Source: Balanoglossus misakiensis (Eukaryota > Animalia > Hemichordata). From it: DNA of 64,000 nucleotides. Location: assembly GCA_040954595.2 (NCBI GenBank), contig CM082597.2, forward strand, positions 1,684,322 through 1,748,321, written 5' to 3'. The translations under genes and the position numbers were made by a program. The notes below the pieces were generated by a model. It had not been told where the DNA came from. It did not search any database and was given only the letters and a program-made list of their open reading frames with translations. Each line of letters starts with the position of its first letter. The stretch's first letter is position 1. This document shows, piece after piece, positions 50,501 through 64,000 of this stretch.

Positions 50501-53500
50501 TTCGCGGTTTTTCGACAAAAACCATGATGGTTAACCCATGAAAAATGTTCAAATCGGCCGAAAATCGCGAAATTCGGCAACTCGAAAATTCGCGGTTTTT
50601 CGACAAAAACCATGATGGTTAACCCATGAAAAATGTTCAAATCGGCCGAAAATCGCGAAATTCGGCAACTCGAAAATTCGCGGTTTTTCGACAAAAACCA
50701 TGATGGTTAACCCATGAAAAATGTTCAAATCGGCCGAAAATCGCGAAATTCGGCAACTCGAAAATTCGCGGTTTTTCGACAAAAACCATGATGGTTAACC
50801 CATGAAAAATGTTCAAATCGGCCGAAAATCGCGAAATTCGGCAACTCGAAAATTCGCGGTTTTTCGACAAAAACCATGATGGTTAACCCATGAAAAATGT
50901 TCAAATCGGCCGAAAATCGCGAAATTCGGCAACTCGAAAATTCGCGGTTTTTCGACAAAAACCATGATGGTTAACCCATGAAAAATGTTCAAATCGGCCG
51001 AAAATCGCGAAATTCGGCAACTCGAAAATTCGCGGTTTTTCGACAAAAACCATGATGGTTAACCCATGAAAAATGTTCAAATCGGCCGAAAATCTCGAAA
51101 TTCGGCAACTCGAAAATTCGCGGTTTTTCGACAAAAACCATGATGGTTAACCCATGAAAAATGTTCAAATCGGCCGAAAATCGCGAAATTCGGCAACTCG
51201 AAAATTCGCGGTTTTTCGACAAAAACCATGATGGTTAACCCATGAAAAATGTTCAAATCGGCCGAAAATCGCGAAATTCGGCAACTCGAAAATTCGCGGT
51301 TTTTCGACAAAAACCATGATGGTTAACCCATGAAAAATGTTCAAATCGGCCGAAAATCGCGAAATTCGGCAACTCGAAAATTCGCGGTTTTTCGACAAAA
51401 ACCATGATGGTTAACCCATGAAAAATGTTCAAATCGGCCGAAAATCGCGAAATTCGGCAACTCGAAAATTCGCGGTTTTTCGACAAAAACCATGATGGTT
51501 AACCCATGAAAAATGTTCAAATCGGCCGAAAATCGCGAAATTCGGCAACTCGAAAATTCGCGGTTTTTCGACAAAAACCATGATGGTTAACCCATGAAAA
51601 ATGTTCAAATCGGCCGAAAATCGCGAAATTCGGCAACTCGAAAATTCGCGGTTTTTCGACAAAAACCATGATGGTTAACCCATGAAAAATGTTCAAATCG
51701 GCCGAAAATCGCGAAATTCGGCAACTCGAAAATTCGCGGTTTTTCGACAAAAACCATGATGGCTAACCCATGAAAAATGTTCAAATCGGCCGAAAATCTC
51801 GAATTTCGGCAACTCGAAAATTCGCGGTTTTTCGACAAAAACCATGATGGTTAACCCATGAAAAATGTTCAAATCGGCCGAAAATCGCGAAATTCGGCAA
51901 CTCGAAAATTCGCGGTTTTCGACAAAAACCATGATGGTTAACCCATAAAAAATGTTCAAATCGGCCGAAAATCTCGAAATTCGGCAACTCGAAAATTCGC
52001 GGTTTTTCGACAAAAACCATGATGGTTAACCCATGAAAAATGTTCAAATCGGCCGAAAATCTCGAAATTCGGCAACTCGAAAATTCGCGGTTTTTCGACA
52101 AAAACCATGATGGTTAACCCATGAAAAATGTTCAAATCGGCCGAAAATCTCGAAATTCGGCAACTCGAAAATTCGCGGTTTTTCGACAAAAACCATGATG
52201 GTTAACCCATGAAAAATGTTCAAATCGGCCGAAAATCGCGAAATTCGGCAACTCGAAAATTCGCGGTTTTTCGACAAAAACCATGATGGTTAACCCAAGA
52301 AAAATGTTCAAATCGGCCGAAAATCGCGAAATTCGGCAACTCGAAAATTCGCGGTTTTTCGACAAAAACCATGATGGTTAACCCATGAAAAATGTTCAAA
52401 TCGGCCGAAAATCGCGAAATTCGGCAACTCGAAAATTCGCGGTTTTTCGACAAAAACCATGATGGTTAACCCATGAAAAATGTTCAAATCGGCCGAAAAT
52501 CGCGAAATTCGGCAACTCGAAAATTCGCGGTTTTTCGACAAAAACCATGATGGTTAACCCATGAAAAATGTTCAAATCGGCCGAAAATCGCGAAATTCGG
52601 CAACTCGAAAATTCGCGGTTTTCGACAAAAACCATGATGGTTAACCCATGAAAAATGTTCAAATCGGCCGAAAATCTCGAAATTCGGCAACTCGAAAATT
52701 CGCGGTTTTTCGACAAAAACCATGATGGTTAACCCATGAAAAATGTTCAAATCGGCCGAAAATCGCGAAATTCGGCAACTCGAAAATTCGCGGTTTTTCG
52801 ACAAAAACCATGATGGTTAACCCATGAAAAATGTTCAAATCGGCCGAAAATCGCGAAATTCGGCAACTCGAAAATTCGCGGTTTTTCGACAAAAACCATG
52901 ATGGCTAACCCATGAAAAATGTTCAAATCGGCCGAAAATCTCGAATTTCGGCAACTCGAAAATTCGCGGTTTTTCGACAAAAACCATGATGGTTAACCCA
53001 TGAAAAATGTTCAAATCGGCCGAAAATCGCGAAATTCGGCAACTCGAAAATTCGCGGTTTTTCGACAAAAACCATGATGGTTAACCCATAAAAAATGTTC
53101 AAATCGGCCGAAAATCTCGAAATTCGGCAACTCGAAAATTCGCGGTTTTTCGACAAAAACCATGATGGTTAACCCATGAAAAATGTTCAAATCGGCCGAA
53201 AATCTCGAAATTCGGCAACTCGAAAATTCGCGGTTTTTCGACAAAAACCATGATGGTTAACCCATGAAAAATGTTCAAATCGGCCGAAAATCGCGAATTC
53301 GGCAACTCGAAAATTCGCGGTTTTTCGACAAAAACCATGATGGTTAACCCATGAAAAATGTTCAAATCGGCCGAAAATCGCGAAATTCGGCAACTCGAAA
53401 ATTCGCGGTTTTTCGACAAAAACCATGATGGTTAACCCATGAAAAATGTTCAAATCGGCCGAAAATCGCGAAATTCGGCAACTCGAAAATTCGCGGTTTT

Positions 53501-56500
53501 TCGACAAAAACCATGATGGTTAACCCATGAAAAATGTTCAAATCGGCCGAAAATCGCGAAATTCGGCAACTCGAAAATTCGCGGTTTTTCGACAAAAACC
53601 ATGATGGTTAACCCATGAAAAATGTTCAAATCGGCCGAAAATCGCGAAATTCGGCAACTCGAAAATTCGCGGTTTTTCGACAAAAACCATGATGGTTAAC
53701 CCATGAAAAATGTTCAAATCGGCCGAAAATCGCGAAATTCGGCAACTCGAAAATTCGCGGTTTTTCGACAAAAACCATGATGGTTAACCCATGAAAAATG
53801 TTCAAATCGGCCGAAAATCGCGAAATTCGGCAACTCGAAAATTCGCGGTTTTTCGACAAAAACCATGATGGTTAACCCATGAAAAATGTTCAAATCGGCC
53901 GAAAATCTCGAAATTCGGCAACTCGAAAATTCGCGGTTTTTCGACAAAAACCATGATGGTTAACCCATGAAAAATGTTCAAATCGGCCGAAAATCGCGAA
54001 ATTCGGCAACTCGAAAATTCGCGGTTTTTCGACAAAAACCATGATGGTTAACCCATGAAAAATGTTCAAATCGGCCGAAAATCGCGAAATTCGGCAACTC
54101 GAAAATTCGCGGTTTTTCGACAAAAACCATGATGGTTAACCCATGAAAAATGTTCAAATCGGCCGAAAATCTCGAATTCGGCAACTCGAAAATTCGCGGT
54201 TTTTCGACAAAAACCATGATGGTTAACCCATGGAAAATGTTCAAATCGGCCGAAAATCTCGAAATTCGGCAACTCGAAAATTCGCGGTTTTTCGACAAAA
54301 ACCATGATGGTTAACCCATGAAAAATGTTCAAATCGGCCGAAAATCTCGAAATTCGGCAACTCGAAAATTCGCGGTTTTTCGACAAAAACCATGATGGTT
54401 AACCCATGAAAAATGTTCAAATCGGCCGAAAATCGCGAAATTCGGCAACTCGAAAATTCGCGGTTTTTCGACAAAAACCATGATGGTTAACCCGTGAAAA
54501 ATGTTCAAATCGGCCGAAAATCGCGAAATTCGGCAACTCGAAAATTCGCGGTTTTTCGACAAAAACCATGATGGTTAACCCATGAAAAATGTTCAAATCG
54601 GCCGAAAATCTCGAAATTCGGCAACTCGAAAATTCGCGGTTTTTCGACAAAAACCATGATGGTTAACCCATGAAAAATGTTCAAATCGGCCGAAAATCTC
54701 GAAATTCGGCAACTCGAAAATTCGCGGTTTTTCGACAAAAACCATGATGGTTAACCCATGAAAAATGTTCAAATCGGCCGAAAATCTCGAAATTCGGCAA
54801 CTCGAAAATTCGCGGTTTTTCGACAAAAACCATGATGGTTAACCCATGAAAAATGTTCAAATCGGCCGAAAATCTCGAAATTCGGCAACTCGAAAATTCG
54901 CGGTTTTTCGACAAAAACCATGATGGTTAACCCATGAAAAATGTTCAAATCGGCCGAAAATCTCGAAATTCGGCAACTCGAAAATTCGCGGTTTTTCGAC
55001 AAAAACCATGATGGTTAACCCATGAAAAATGTTCAAATCGGCCGAAAATCTCGAAATTCGGCAACTCGAAAATTCGCGGTTTTTCGACAAAAACCATGAT
55101 GGTTAACCCATGAAAAATGTTCAAATCGGCCGAAAATCTCGAAATTCGGCAACTCGAAAATTCGCGGTTTTTCGACAAAAACCATGATGGTTAACCCATG
55201 AAAAATGTTCAAATCGGCCGAAAATCTCGAAATTCGGCAACTCGAAAATTCGCGGTTTTTCGACAAAAACCATGATGGTTAACCCATGAAAAATGTTCAA
55301 ATCGGCCGAAAATCGCGAAATTCGGCAACACGAAAATTCGCGGTTTTTCGACAAAAACCATGATGGTTAACCCATGAAAAATGTTCAAATCGGCCGAAAA
55401 TCTCGAAATTCGGCAACTCGAAAATTCGCGGTTTTTCGACAAAAACCATGATGGTTAACCCATGAAAAATGTTCAAATCGGCCGAAAATCGCGAAATTCG
55501 GCAACTCGAAAATTCGCTGTTTTTCGACAAAAACCATGATGGTTAACCCATGAAAAATGTTCAAATCGGCCGAAAATCGCGAAATTCGGCAACTCGAAAA
55601 TTCGCGGTTTTTCGACAAAAACCATGATGGTTAACCCATGAAAAATGTTCAAATCGGCCGAAAATCGCGAAATTCGGCAACTCGAAAATTCGCGGTTTTT
55701 CGACAAAAACCATGATGGTTAACCCATGAAAAATGTTCAAATCGGCCGAAAATCGCGAAATTCGGCAACTCGAAAATTCGCGGTTTTTCGACAAAAACCA
55801 TGATGGTTAACCCATGAAAAATGTTCAAATCGGCCGAAAATCGCGAAATTCGGCAACTCGAAAATTCGCGGTTTTTCGACAAAAACCATGATGGTTAACC
55901 CATGAAAAATGTTCAAATCGGCCGAAAATCGCGAAATTCGGCAACTCGAAAATTCGCGGTTTTTCGACAAAAACCATGATGGTTAACCCATGAAAAATGT
56001 TCAAATCGGCCGAAAATCGCGAAATTCGGCAACTCGAAAATTCGCGGTTTTTCGACAAAAACCATGATGGTTAACCCATGAAAAATGTTCAAATCGGCCG
56101 AAAATCTCGAAATTCGGCAACTCGAAAATTCGCGGTTTTTCGACAAAAACCATGATGGTTAACCCATGAAAAATGTTCAAATCGGCCGAAAATCGCGAAA
56201 TTCGGCAACTCGAAAATTCGCGGTTTTTCGACAAAAACCATGATGGTTAACCCATGAAAAAATGTTCAAATCGGCCGAAAATCGCGAAATTCGGCAACTC
56301 GAAAATTCGCGGTTTTTCGACAAAAACCATGATGGTTAACCCATGAAAAATGTTCAAATCGGCCGAAAATCGCGAAATTCGGCAACTCGAAAATTCGCGG
56401 TTTTTTCGACAAAAACCATGATGGTTAACCCATGAAAAATGTTCAAATCGGCCGAAAATCTCGAAATTCGGCAACTCGAAAATTCGCGGTTTTTCGACAA

Positions 56501-59500
56501 AAACCATGATGGTTAACCCATGAAAAATGTTCAAATCGGCCGAAAATCGCAAAATTCGGCAACTCGAAAATTCGCGGTTTTTCGACAAAAACCATGATGG
56601 TTAACCCGTGAAAAATGTTCAAATCGGCCGAAAATCGCGAAATTCGGCAACTCGAAAATTCGCGGTTTTTCGACAAAAACCATGATGGTTAACCCATGAA
56701 AAATGTTCAAATCGGCCGAAAATCTCGAAATTCGGCAACTCGAAAATTCGCGGTTTTTCGACAAAAACCATGATGGTTAACCCATGAAAAATGTTCAAAT
56801 CGGCCGAAAATCTCGAAATTCGGCAACTCGAAAATTCGCGGTTTTTCGACAAAAACCATGATGGTTAACCCATGAAAAATGTTCAAATCGGCCGAAAATC
56901 TCGAAATTCGGCAACTCGAAAATTCGCGGTTTTTCGACAAAAACCATGATGGTTAACCCATGAAAAATGTTCAAATCGGCCGAAAATCTCGAAATTCGGC
57001 AACTCGAAAATTCGCGGTTTTTCGACAAAAACCATGATGGTTAACCCATGAAAAATGTTCAAATCGGCCGAAAATCTCGAAATTCGGCAACTCGAAAATT
57101 CGCGGTTTTTCGACAAAAACCATGATGGTTAACCCATGAAAAATGTTCAAATCGGCCGAAAATCTCGAAATTCGGCAACTCGAAAATTCGCGGTTTTTCG
57201 ACAAAAACCATGATGGTTAACCCATGAAAAATGTTCAAATCGGCCGAAAATCTCGAAATTCGGCAACTCGAAAATTCGCGGTTTTTCGACAAAAACCATG
57301 ATGGTTAACCCATGAAAAATGTTCAAATCGGCCGAAAATCTCGAAATTCGGCAACTCGAAAATTCGCGGTTTTTCGACAAAAACCATGATGGTTAACCCA
57401 TGAAAAATGTTCAAATCGGCCGAAAATCGCGAAATTCGGCAACACGAAAATTCGCGGTTTTTCGACAAAAACCATGATGGTTAACCCATGAAAAATGTTC
57501 AAATCGGCCGAAAATCTCGAAATTCGGCAACTCGAAAATTCGCGGTTTTTCGACAAAAACCATGATGGTTAACCCATGAAAAATGTTCAAATCGGCCGAA
57601 AATCGCGAAATTCGGCAACTCGAAAATTCGCGTGTTTTTCGACAAAAACCATGATGGTTAACCCATAGAAAAAATGTTCAAATCGGCCGAAAATCGCGAA
57701 ATTCGGCAACTCGAAAATTCGCGGTTTTTCGACAAAAACCATGATGGTTAACCCATGAAAAATGTTCAAATCGGCCGAAAATCTCGAAATTCGGCAACTC
57801 GAAAATTCGCGGTTTTTCGACAAAAACCATGATGGTTAACCCATGAAAAATGTTCAAATCGGCCGAAAATCTCGAAATTCGGCAACTCGAAAATTCGCGG
57901 TTTTTCGACAAAAACCATGATGGTTAACCCATGAAAAATGTTCAAATCGGCCGAAAATCGCGAAATTCGGCAACTCGAAAATTCGCGGTTTTTCGACAAA
58001 AACCATGATGGTTAACCCATGAAAAATGTTCAAATCGGCCGAAAATCTCGAAATTCGGCAACTCGAAAATTCGCGGTTTTTCGACAAAAACCATGATGGT
58101 TAACCCATGAAAAATGTTCAAATCGGCCGAAAATCGCGAAATTCGGCAACTCGAAAATTCGCGGTTTTTCAGACAAAACCATGATGGTTAACCCATGAAA
58201 AATGTTCAAATCGGCCGAAAATCGCGAAATTCGGCAACTCGAAAATTCGCGGTTTTTCGACAAAAACCATGATGTTAACCCATGAAAAAATGTTCAAATC
58301 GGCCGAAAATCGCGAAATTCGGCAACTCGAAAATTCGCGGTTTTTCGACAAAAACCATGATGGTTAACCATGAAAAATGTTCAAATCGGCCGAAAATCGC
58401 GAAATTCGGCAACTCGAAAATTCGCGGTTTTTCGACAAAAACCATGATGGTTAACCCATGAAAAATGTTCAAATCGGCCGAAAATCGCGAAATTCGGCAA
58501 CTCGAAAATTCGCGGTTTTTCGACAAAAACCATGATGGTTAACCCATGAAAAATGTTCAAATCGGCCGAAAATCGCGAAATTCGGCAACTCGAAAATTCG
58601 CGGTTTTTCGACAAAAACCATGATGGTTAACCCATGAAAAATGTTCAAATCGGCCGAAAATCTCGAAATTCGGCAACTCGAAAATTCGCGGTATTTCGAC
58701 AAAAACCATGATGGTTAACCCATGAAAAATGTTCAAATCGGCCGAAAATCGCGAAATTCGGCAACTCGAAAATTCGCGGTTTTTCGACAAAAACCATGAT
58801 GGTTAACCATGAAAAATGTTCAAATCGGCCGAAAATCGCGAAATTCGGCAAGTCGAAAATTCGCGGTTTTTCGACAAAAACCATGATGGTTAACCCATGA
58901 AAAATGTTCAAATCGGCCGAAAATCGCGAAATTCGGCAACTCGAAAATTCGCGGTTTTTCGACAAAAACCATGATGGTTAACCATGAAAAATGTTCAAAT
59001 CGGCCGAAAATCTCGAAATTCGGCAACTCGAAAATTCGCGGTATTTCGACAAAAACCATGATGGTTAACCCATGAAAAATGTTCAAATCGGCCCGAAAAT
59101 CGCGAAATTCGGCAACTCGAAAATTCGCGGTTTTTCGACAAAAAACCATGATGGTTAACCCATGAAAAATGTTCAAATCGGCCGAAAATCTCGAAATTCG
59201 GCAACTCGAAAATTCGCGGTTTTTCGACAAAAACATGATGGTTAACCCATGAAAAATGTTCAAATCGGCCGAAAATCGCGAAATTCGGCAACTCGAAAAT
59301 TCGCGGTTTTTCGACAAAAACCATGATGGTTAACCCATGAAAAATGTTCAAATCGGCCGAAAATCTCGAAATTCGGCAACTCGAAAATTCGCGTTTTTCG
59401 ACAAAAACCATGATGGTTAACCCATGAAAAATGTTCAAATCGGCGAAAATCTCGAAATTCCGGTAACTCGAAAATTCGCGGTTTTTCGACAAAAACCATG

Positions 59501-62500
59501 ATGGTTAACCCATGAAAAATGTTCAAATCGGCCGAAATCTCGAAATTCGGCAACTCGAAAATTCGCGGTTTTTCGACAAAACCATGATGGTTAACCCATG
59601 AAAAATGTTCAAATCGGCCGAAAATCGCGAAATTCGGCAAACTCGAAAATTCGCGGTTTTCGACAAAAACCATGATGGTTAACCCATGAAAAATGTTCAA
59701 ATCGGCCGAAAATCGCGAAATTCGGCAACTCGAAATTCGCGGTTTTTCGACAAAAACCATGATGGTTAACCCATGAAAAATGTTCAAATCGGCCGAAAAT
59801 CTCGAAATCGGCAACTCGAAAATTCGCGGTTTTTCGACAAAAACCATGATGGTTAACCCATGAAAAATGTTCAAATCGGCCGAAAATCGCGAAATCGGCA
59901 ACTCGAAAATTCGCGGTTTTTCGACAAAAACCATGATGGTTAACCCATGAAAAATGTTCAAATCGGCCGAAAATCTCGAAATTCGGCAACTCGAAAATTC
60001 GCGGTTTTTCGACAAAAACCATGATGGTTAACCCATGAAAAATGTTCAAATCGGCCGAAAATCGCGAAATTCGGCAACTCGAAAATTCGCGGTTTTTCGA
60101 CAAAAACCATGATGGTTAACCCATGAAAAATGTTCAAATCGGCCGAAAAATCGCGAAATTCGGCAACTCGAAAATTCGCGGTTTTTCGACAAAACCATGA
60201 TGGTTAACCCATGAAAAATGTTCAAATCGGCCGCAAATCGCGAAATTCGGCAACTCGAAAATTCGCGGTTTTTCGACAAAAACCATGATGGTTAACCCAT
60301 GAAAAATGTTCAAATCGGCCGAAAATCGCGAAATTCGGCAACTCGAAAATTCGCGGTTTTTCGACAAAAACCATGATGGTTAACCCATGAAAAATGTTCA
60401 AATCGGCCGAAAATCTCGAAATTCGGCAACTCGAAAATTCGCGGTTTTTCGACAAAAACCATGATGTTAACCCATGAAAAATGTTCAAATCGGCCGAAAA
60501 TCGCGAAATTCGGCAACTCGAAAATTCGCGGTTTTTCGACAAAAACCATGATGGTTAACCCATGAAAAATGTTCAAATCGGCCGAAAATCTCGAAATTCG
60601 GCAACTCGAAAATTCGCGGTTTTTCGACAAAAACCATGATGGTTAACCCATGAAAATGTTCAAATCGGCCGAAAATCTCGAAATTCGGCAACTCGAAAAT
60701 TCGCGGTTTTTCGACAAAAACCATGATGGTTAACCCATGAAAAATGTTCAAATCGGCCGAAAATCGCGAAATTCGGCAACTCGAAAATTCGCGGTTTTTC
60801 GACAAAAACCATGATGGTTAACCCATGAAAAATGTTCAAATCGGCCGAAAATTCTCGAAATTCGGCAACTCGAAAATTCGCGGTTTTTCGACAAAAACCA
60901 TGATGGTTAACCCATGAAAAATGTTCAAATCGGCCGAAAATCTCGAAATTCGGCAACTCGAAAATTCGCGGTTTTTCGACAAAAACCAAGATGGTTAACC
61001 CATGAAAAATGTTCAAATCGCCGAAAATCGCGAAATTCGGCAACTCGAAAATTCGCGTTTTTCGACAAAAACCATGATGGTTAACCCATGAAAAATGTTC
61101 AAATCGGCCGAAAATCGCGAAATTCGGCAACTCGAAAATTCGCGTTTTTCGACAAAAAACCATGATGGTTAACCCATGAAAAATGTTCAAATCGGCCGAA
61201 ATCGCGAAATTCGGCAACTCGAAAATTCGCGGTTTTTCGACAAAAACATGATGGTTAACCAAGAAAAATGTTCAAATCGGCCGAAAATCTCGAAATTCGG
61301 CAACTCGAAAATTCGCGGTTTTTCGACAAAAACCATGATGGTTAACCCATGAAAAATGTTCAAATCGGCCGAAAATCGCGAAATTCGGCAACTCGAAAAT
61401 TCGCGTTTTTTGACAAAAACCATGATGGTTAACCCATGAAAAATGTTCAAATCGGCCGAAAATCTCGAAATTCGGCAACTCGAAAATTCGCGTTTTTCGA
61501 CAAAAACCATGATGGTTAACCCATGAAAAATGTTCAAATCGGCCGAAAATCTCGAAATTCGGCTACTCGAAAATTCGCGGTTTTTCGACAAAAACCATGA
61601 TGGTTAACCCATGAAAAATGTTTCAAATCGGCCGAAAATCGCCGAAATTCGGCAACTCGAAAATTCGCGGTTTTTCGACAAAACCATGATGGTAACCCAT
61701 GAAAAATGTTCAAATCGGCCGAAAATCGCGAATTCGGCAACTGAAAATTCGCGGTTTTTCGACAAAAACCATGATGGTTAACCATGAAAATGTTCAAATC
61801 GGCGAAAATCTCGAAATTCGGCAACTCGAAAATTCGCGTTTTTCGACAAAAACAATGATGGTTAACCCATGAAAAAGTTCAAATCGGCCAAAATCTCGAA
61901 ATTCGGCAACTCGAAAATTCGCGGTTTTTCGCAAAAAACCATGATGTTTAACCCATGAAAAATGTAAATCGGCCGAAAATCGCAAATTCGGCAACTCGAA
62001 AATTTCGCGGTTTTTCGACAAAAACCATGATGGTTAACCCATGAAAAATGTTCAAATCGGCCGAAAATCTCGAAATTCGGCAACTCGAAAATTCGCGGTT
62101 TTTCGACAAAAACCATGATGGTTAACCCATGAAAAATGTCAAATCGGCCGAAAATCGCGAAATTCGGCAACTCGAAAATTCGCGGTTTTCGACAAAAACC
62201 ATGATGGTTAACCCATGAAAAATGTTCAAATCGGCCGAAAATCTCGAAATTCGGCAACTCGAAAATTCGCGGTTTTTCGACAAAAACCATGATGGTTAAC
62301 CCATGAAAAATGTTCAAATTGGCCGAAAATCTCGAAAATTCGGCAACTCGAAAAATTCGCGGTTATCGACAAAAACCATGATGGTTAACCCATGAAAAAT
62401 GTTCAAATCGGCCGAAAATCTCGAAATTCGGCAACTCGAAAATTCGCGGTTTTTCGACAAAAACCATGATGGTTAACCCATGAAAAATGTCAAATCGGCC

Positions 62501-64000
62501 GAAAATCTCGAAATTCGCAACTCGAAAATTCGCGGTTTTTCGACAAAACCATGATGGTTAACCCATGAAAATGTTCAAATCGGCCGAAAATCTCGAAATT
62601 CGGCAACTCGAAAATTCGCGGTTTTTCGACAAAAACCATGATGGTTAACCCATGAAAAATGTTCAAATCCTGAAAATCTCGAAATTCGGCAAACTCGAAA
62701 ATTCGCGTTTTTCGACAAAAACCATGATGGTTAACCCATGAAAAATGTTCAAATCGCCGAAAATCGCGAAATTCGGCAACTCGAAAATTCGCGGTTTTTC
62801 GACAAAAACCATGATGTTTAACCCATGAAAAATGTTCAAATCGGCCCGAAAATCTCGAAATTCGGCAACTCGAAAATTCGCGGTTTTTCGACAAAAACCA
62901 TGATGGTTAACCCATGAAAAATGTTCAAATCGGCCGAAAATCTCGAAATTCGGCTACTCGAAAATTCGCGTTTTCGACCAAAACCATGATGGTTAACCCA
63001 TGAAAAATGTTCAAATCCGCCGAAAATCGCGAAATTCGGCAACTCGAAAATTCGCGGTTTTTCGACAAAACCATGATGGTAACCCATGAAAAATGTTCAA
63101 ATCGCCGAAAATCGCGAAATTCGGCAACTCGAAAATCGTGGTTTTTCGACAAAAACCATGATGGTTAACCCATGAAAAATGTTCAAATCGGCCGAAAATC
63201 GCGAAATACGGCAACTCGAAAATTCGCGGTTTTTCGACAAAAACCAAGGATGGTTAACTCCATGAAAAATTTTCAAATTCGCCAAAAATCGCGAAATTCG
63301 GCAACTCGAAAATTCGCCGGTTTTTCGACAAAAATCATGATGGTTAACCCCATGAAAAATGTTCAATCGGCCGAAAATTTCGCAATTCGGCAACTCGAAA
63401 AATTCGCGGTTTTCGACAAAAACCATGATGGTTAACCATGAAAAATGTTCAAATCGGCCGAAAATCTCGAAATTCGGCAACTCGAAAATTCGCGGTTTTT
63501 CGACAAAAACCATGATGGTTAACCCATGAAAAATGTTCAAATCGCCGAAAATCGCGAAATTCGGCAACTCGAAAATTGCGGTTTTCGACAAAAACCATGA
63601 TGGTTAACCCTGAAAATGTTCAAATCGGCCGAAAATCTCGAAATTCGCAACTCGAAAATTTCGCGGTTTTTCGACAAAAACCATGATGGTTAACCCATGA
63701 AAAATGTTCAAATTGGCCGAAAATCGCAAATTCGGCAACTCGAAAATTCCGGTATTTCACAAAACCAATGATGGTTAACCATGAAAAATGTTCCAAATCG
63801 GCCGAAAATCGCGAAATTCGGCAACTCGAAAATTCGCGGTTTTCGACAAAACCATGATGTTAACCCATGAAGAAATGTTCAAATCGGCCGAAAATCTCGA
63901 ATTCGGCAACTCGAAAATTCGCGGTTTTCGACAAAAACCATGATGGTTAACCCATGAAAATGTTTCAAATCGGCCCGAAAATCTCGAAATTCGGCAACTC
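44532..64000 (-). repeat. 88-bp satellite, CpG-rich subfamily B, ~220 monomers, inverted relative to subfamily A, runs off the window
   Basis: + strand monomer catgaaaaatgttcaaatcggccgaaaatc(g/t)cgaaattcggcaactcgaaaattcgcggtttttcgacaaaaaccatgatggttaacc; the ORF track repeats every 88 nt; the reverse complement aligns without gaps to subfamily A with 16 of 88 differences. Confidence 0.99.

Noticed and set aside
43944-63591. More than 200 near-identical 77-aa ORFs (MSKNREFSSCRISRF...)
   Set aside because: Artefact of an 88-bp (non-triplet) tandem repeat read through all three frames; starts are TTG/GTG-type and indels shift frames freely
44532-64000. CRISPR array
   Set aside because: No unique spacers (whole 88-bp units are identical), no cas genes, eukaryotic context

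Overview
Eukaryotic (metazoan) genomic DNA with GT-AG spliced genes; sequence style suggests an invertebrate deuterostome, which is inference only. Left to right: a possible first exon of a minus-strand gene leaving the window (~176-298); a U6 snRNA gene (minus, 2675-2780) with a covarying 5' stem-loop variant; a small minus-strand TPR-repeat gene (186 aa, N-terminal MGNGLCC acylation motif) head-to-head with a complete 9-exon protoporphyrinogen oxidase gene (PPOX, 7532-10587, 480 aa); a large plus-strand adhesion GPCR gene (signal peptide, HRM, GAIN/GPS, 7TM; 19 coding exons 25351-42428, ~724 aa) with several candidate upstream first exons, many RFX X-box-like motifs and several degenerate 7TM activation motifs. 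About 120 bp after that gene's candidate polyA signal an 88-bp satellite begins: 7 AT-rich monomers in one orientation (43911-44531), an abrupt inversion, then ~220 highly homogeneous CpG-rich monomers (~82% identical to the first type) running to the window end. All ORF-track entries from 43.9 kb onward are satellite artefacts. Exons were hand-translated and phase-checked; no database searches were run.
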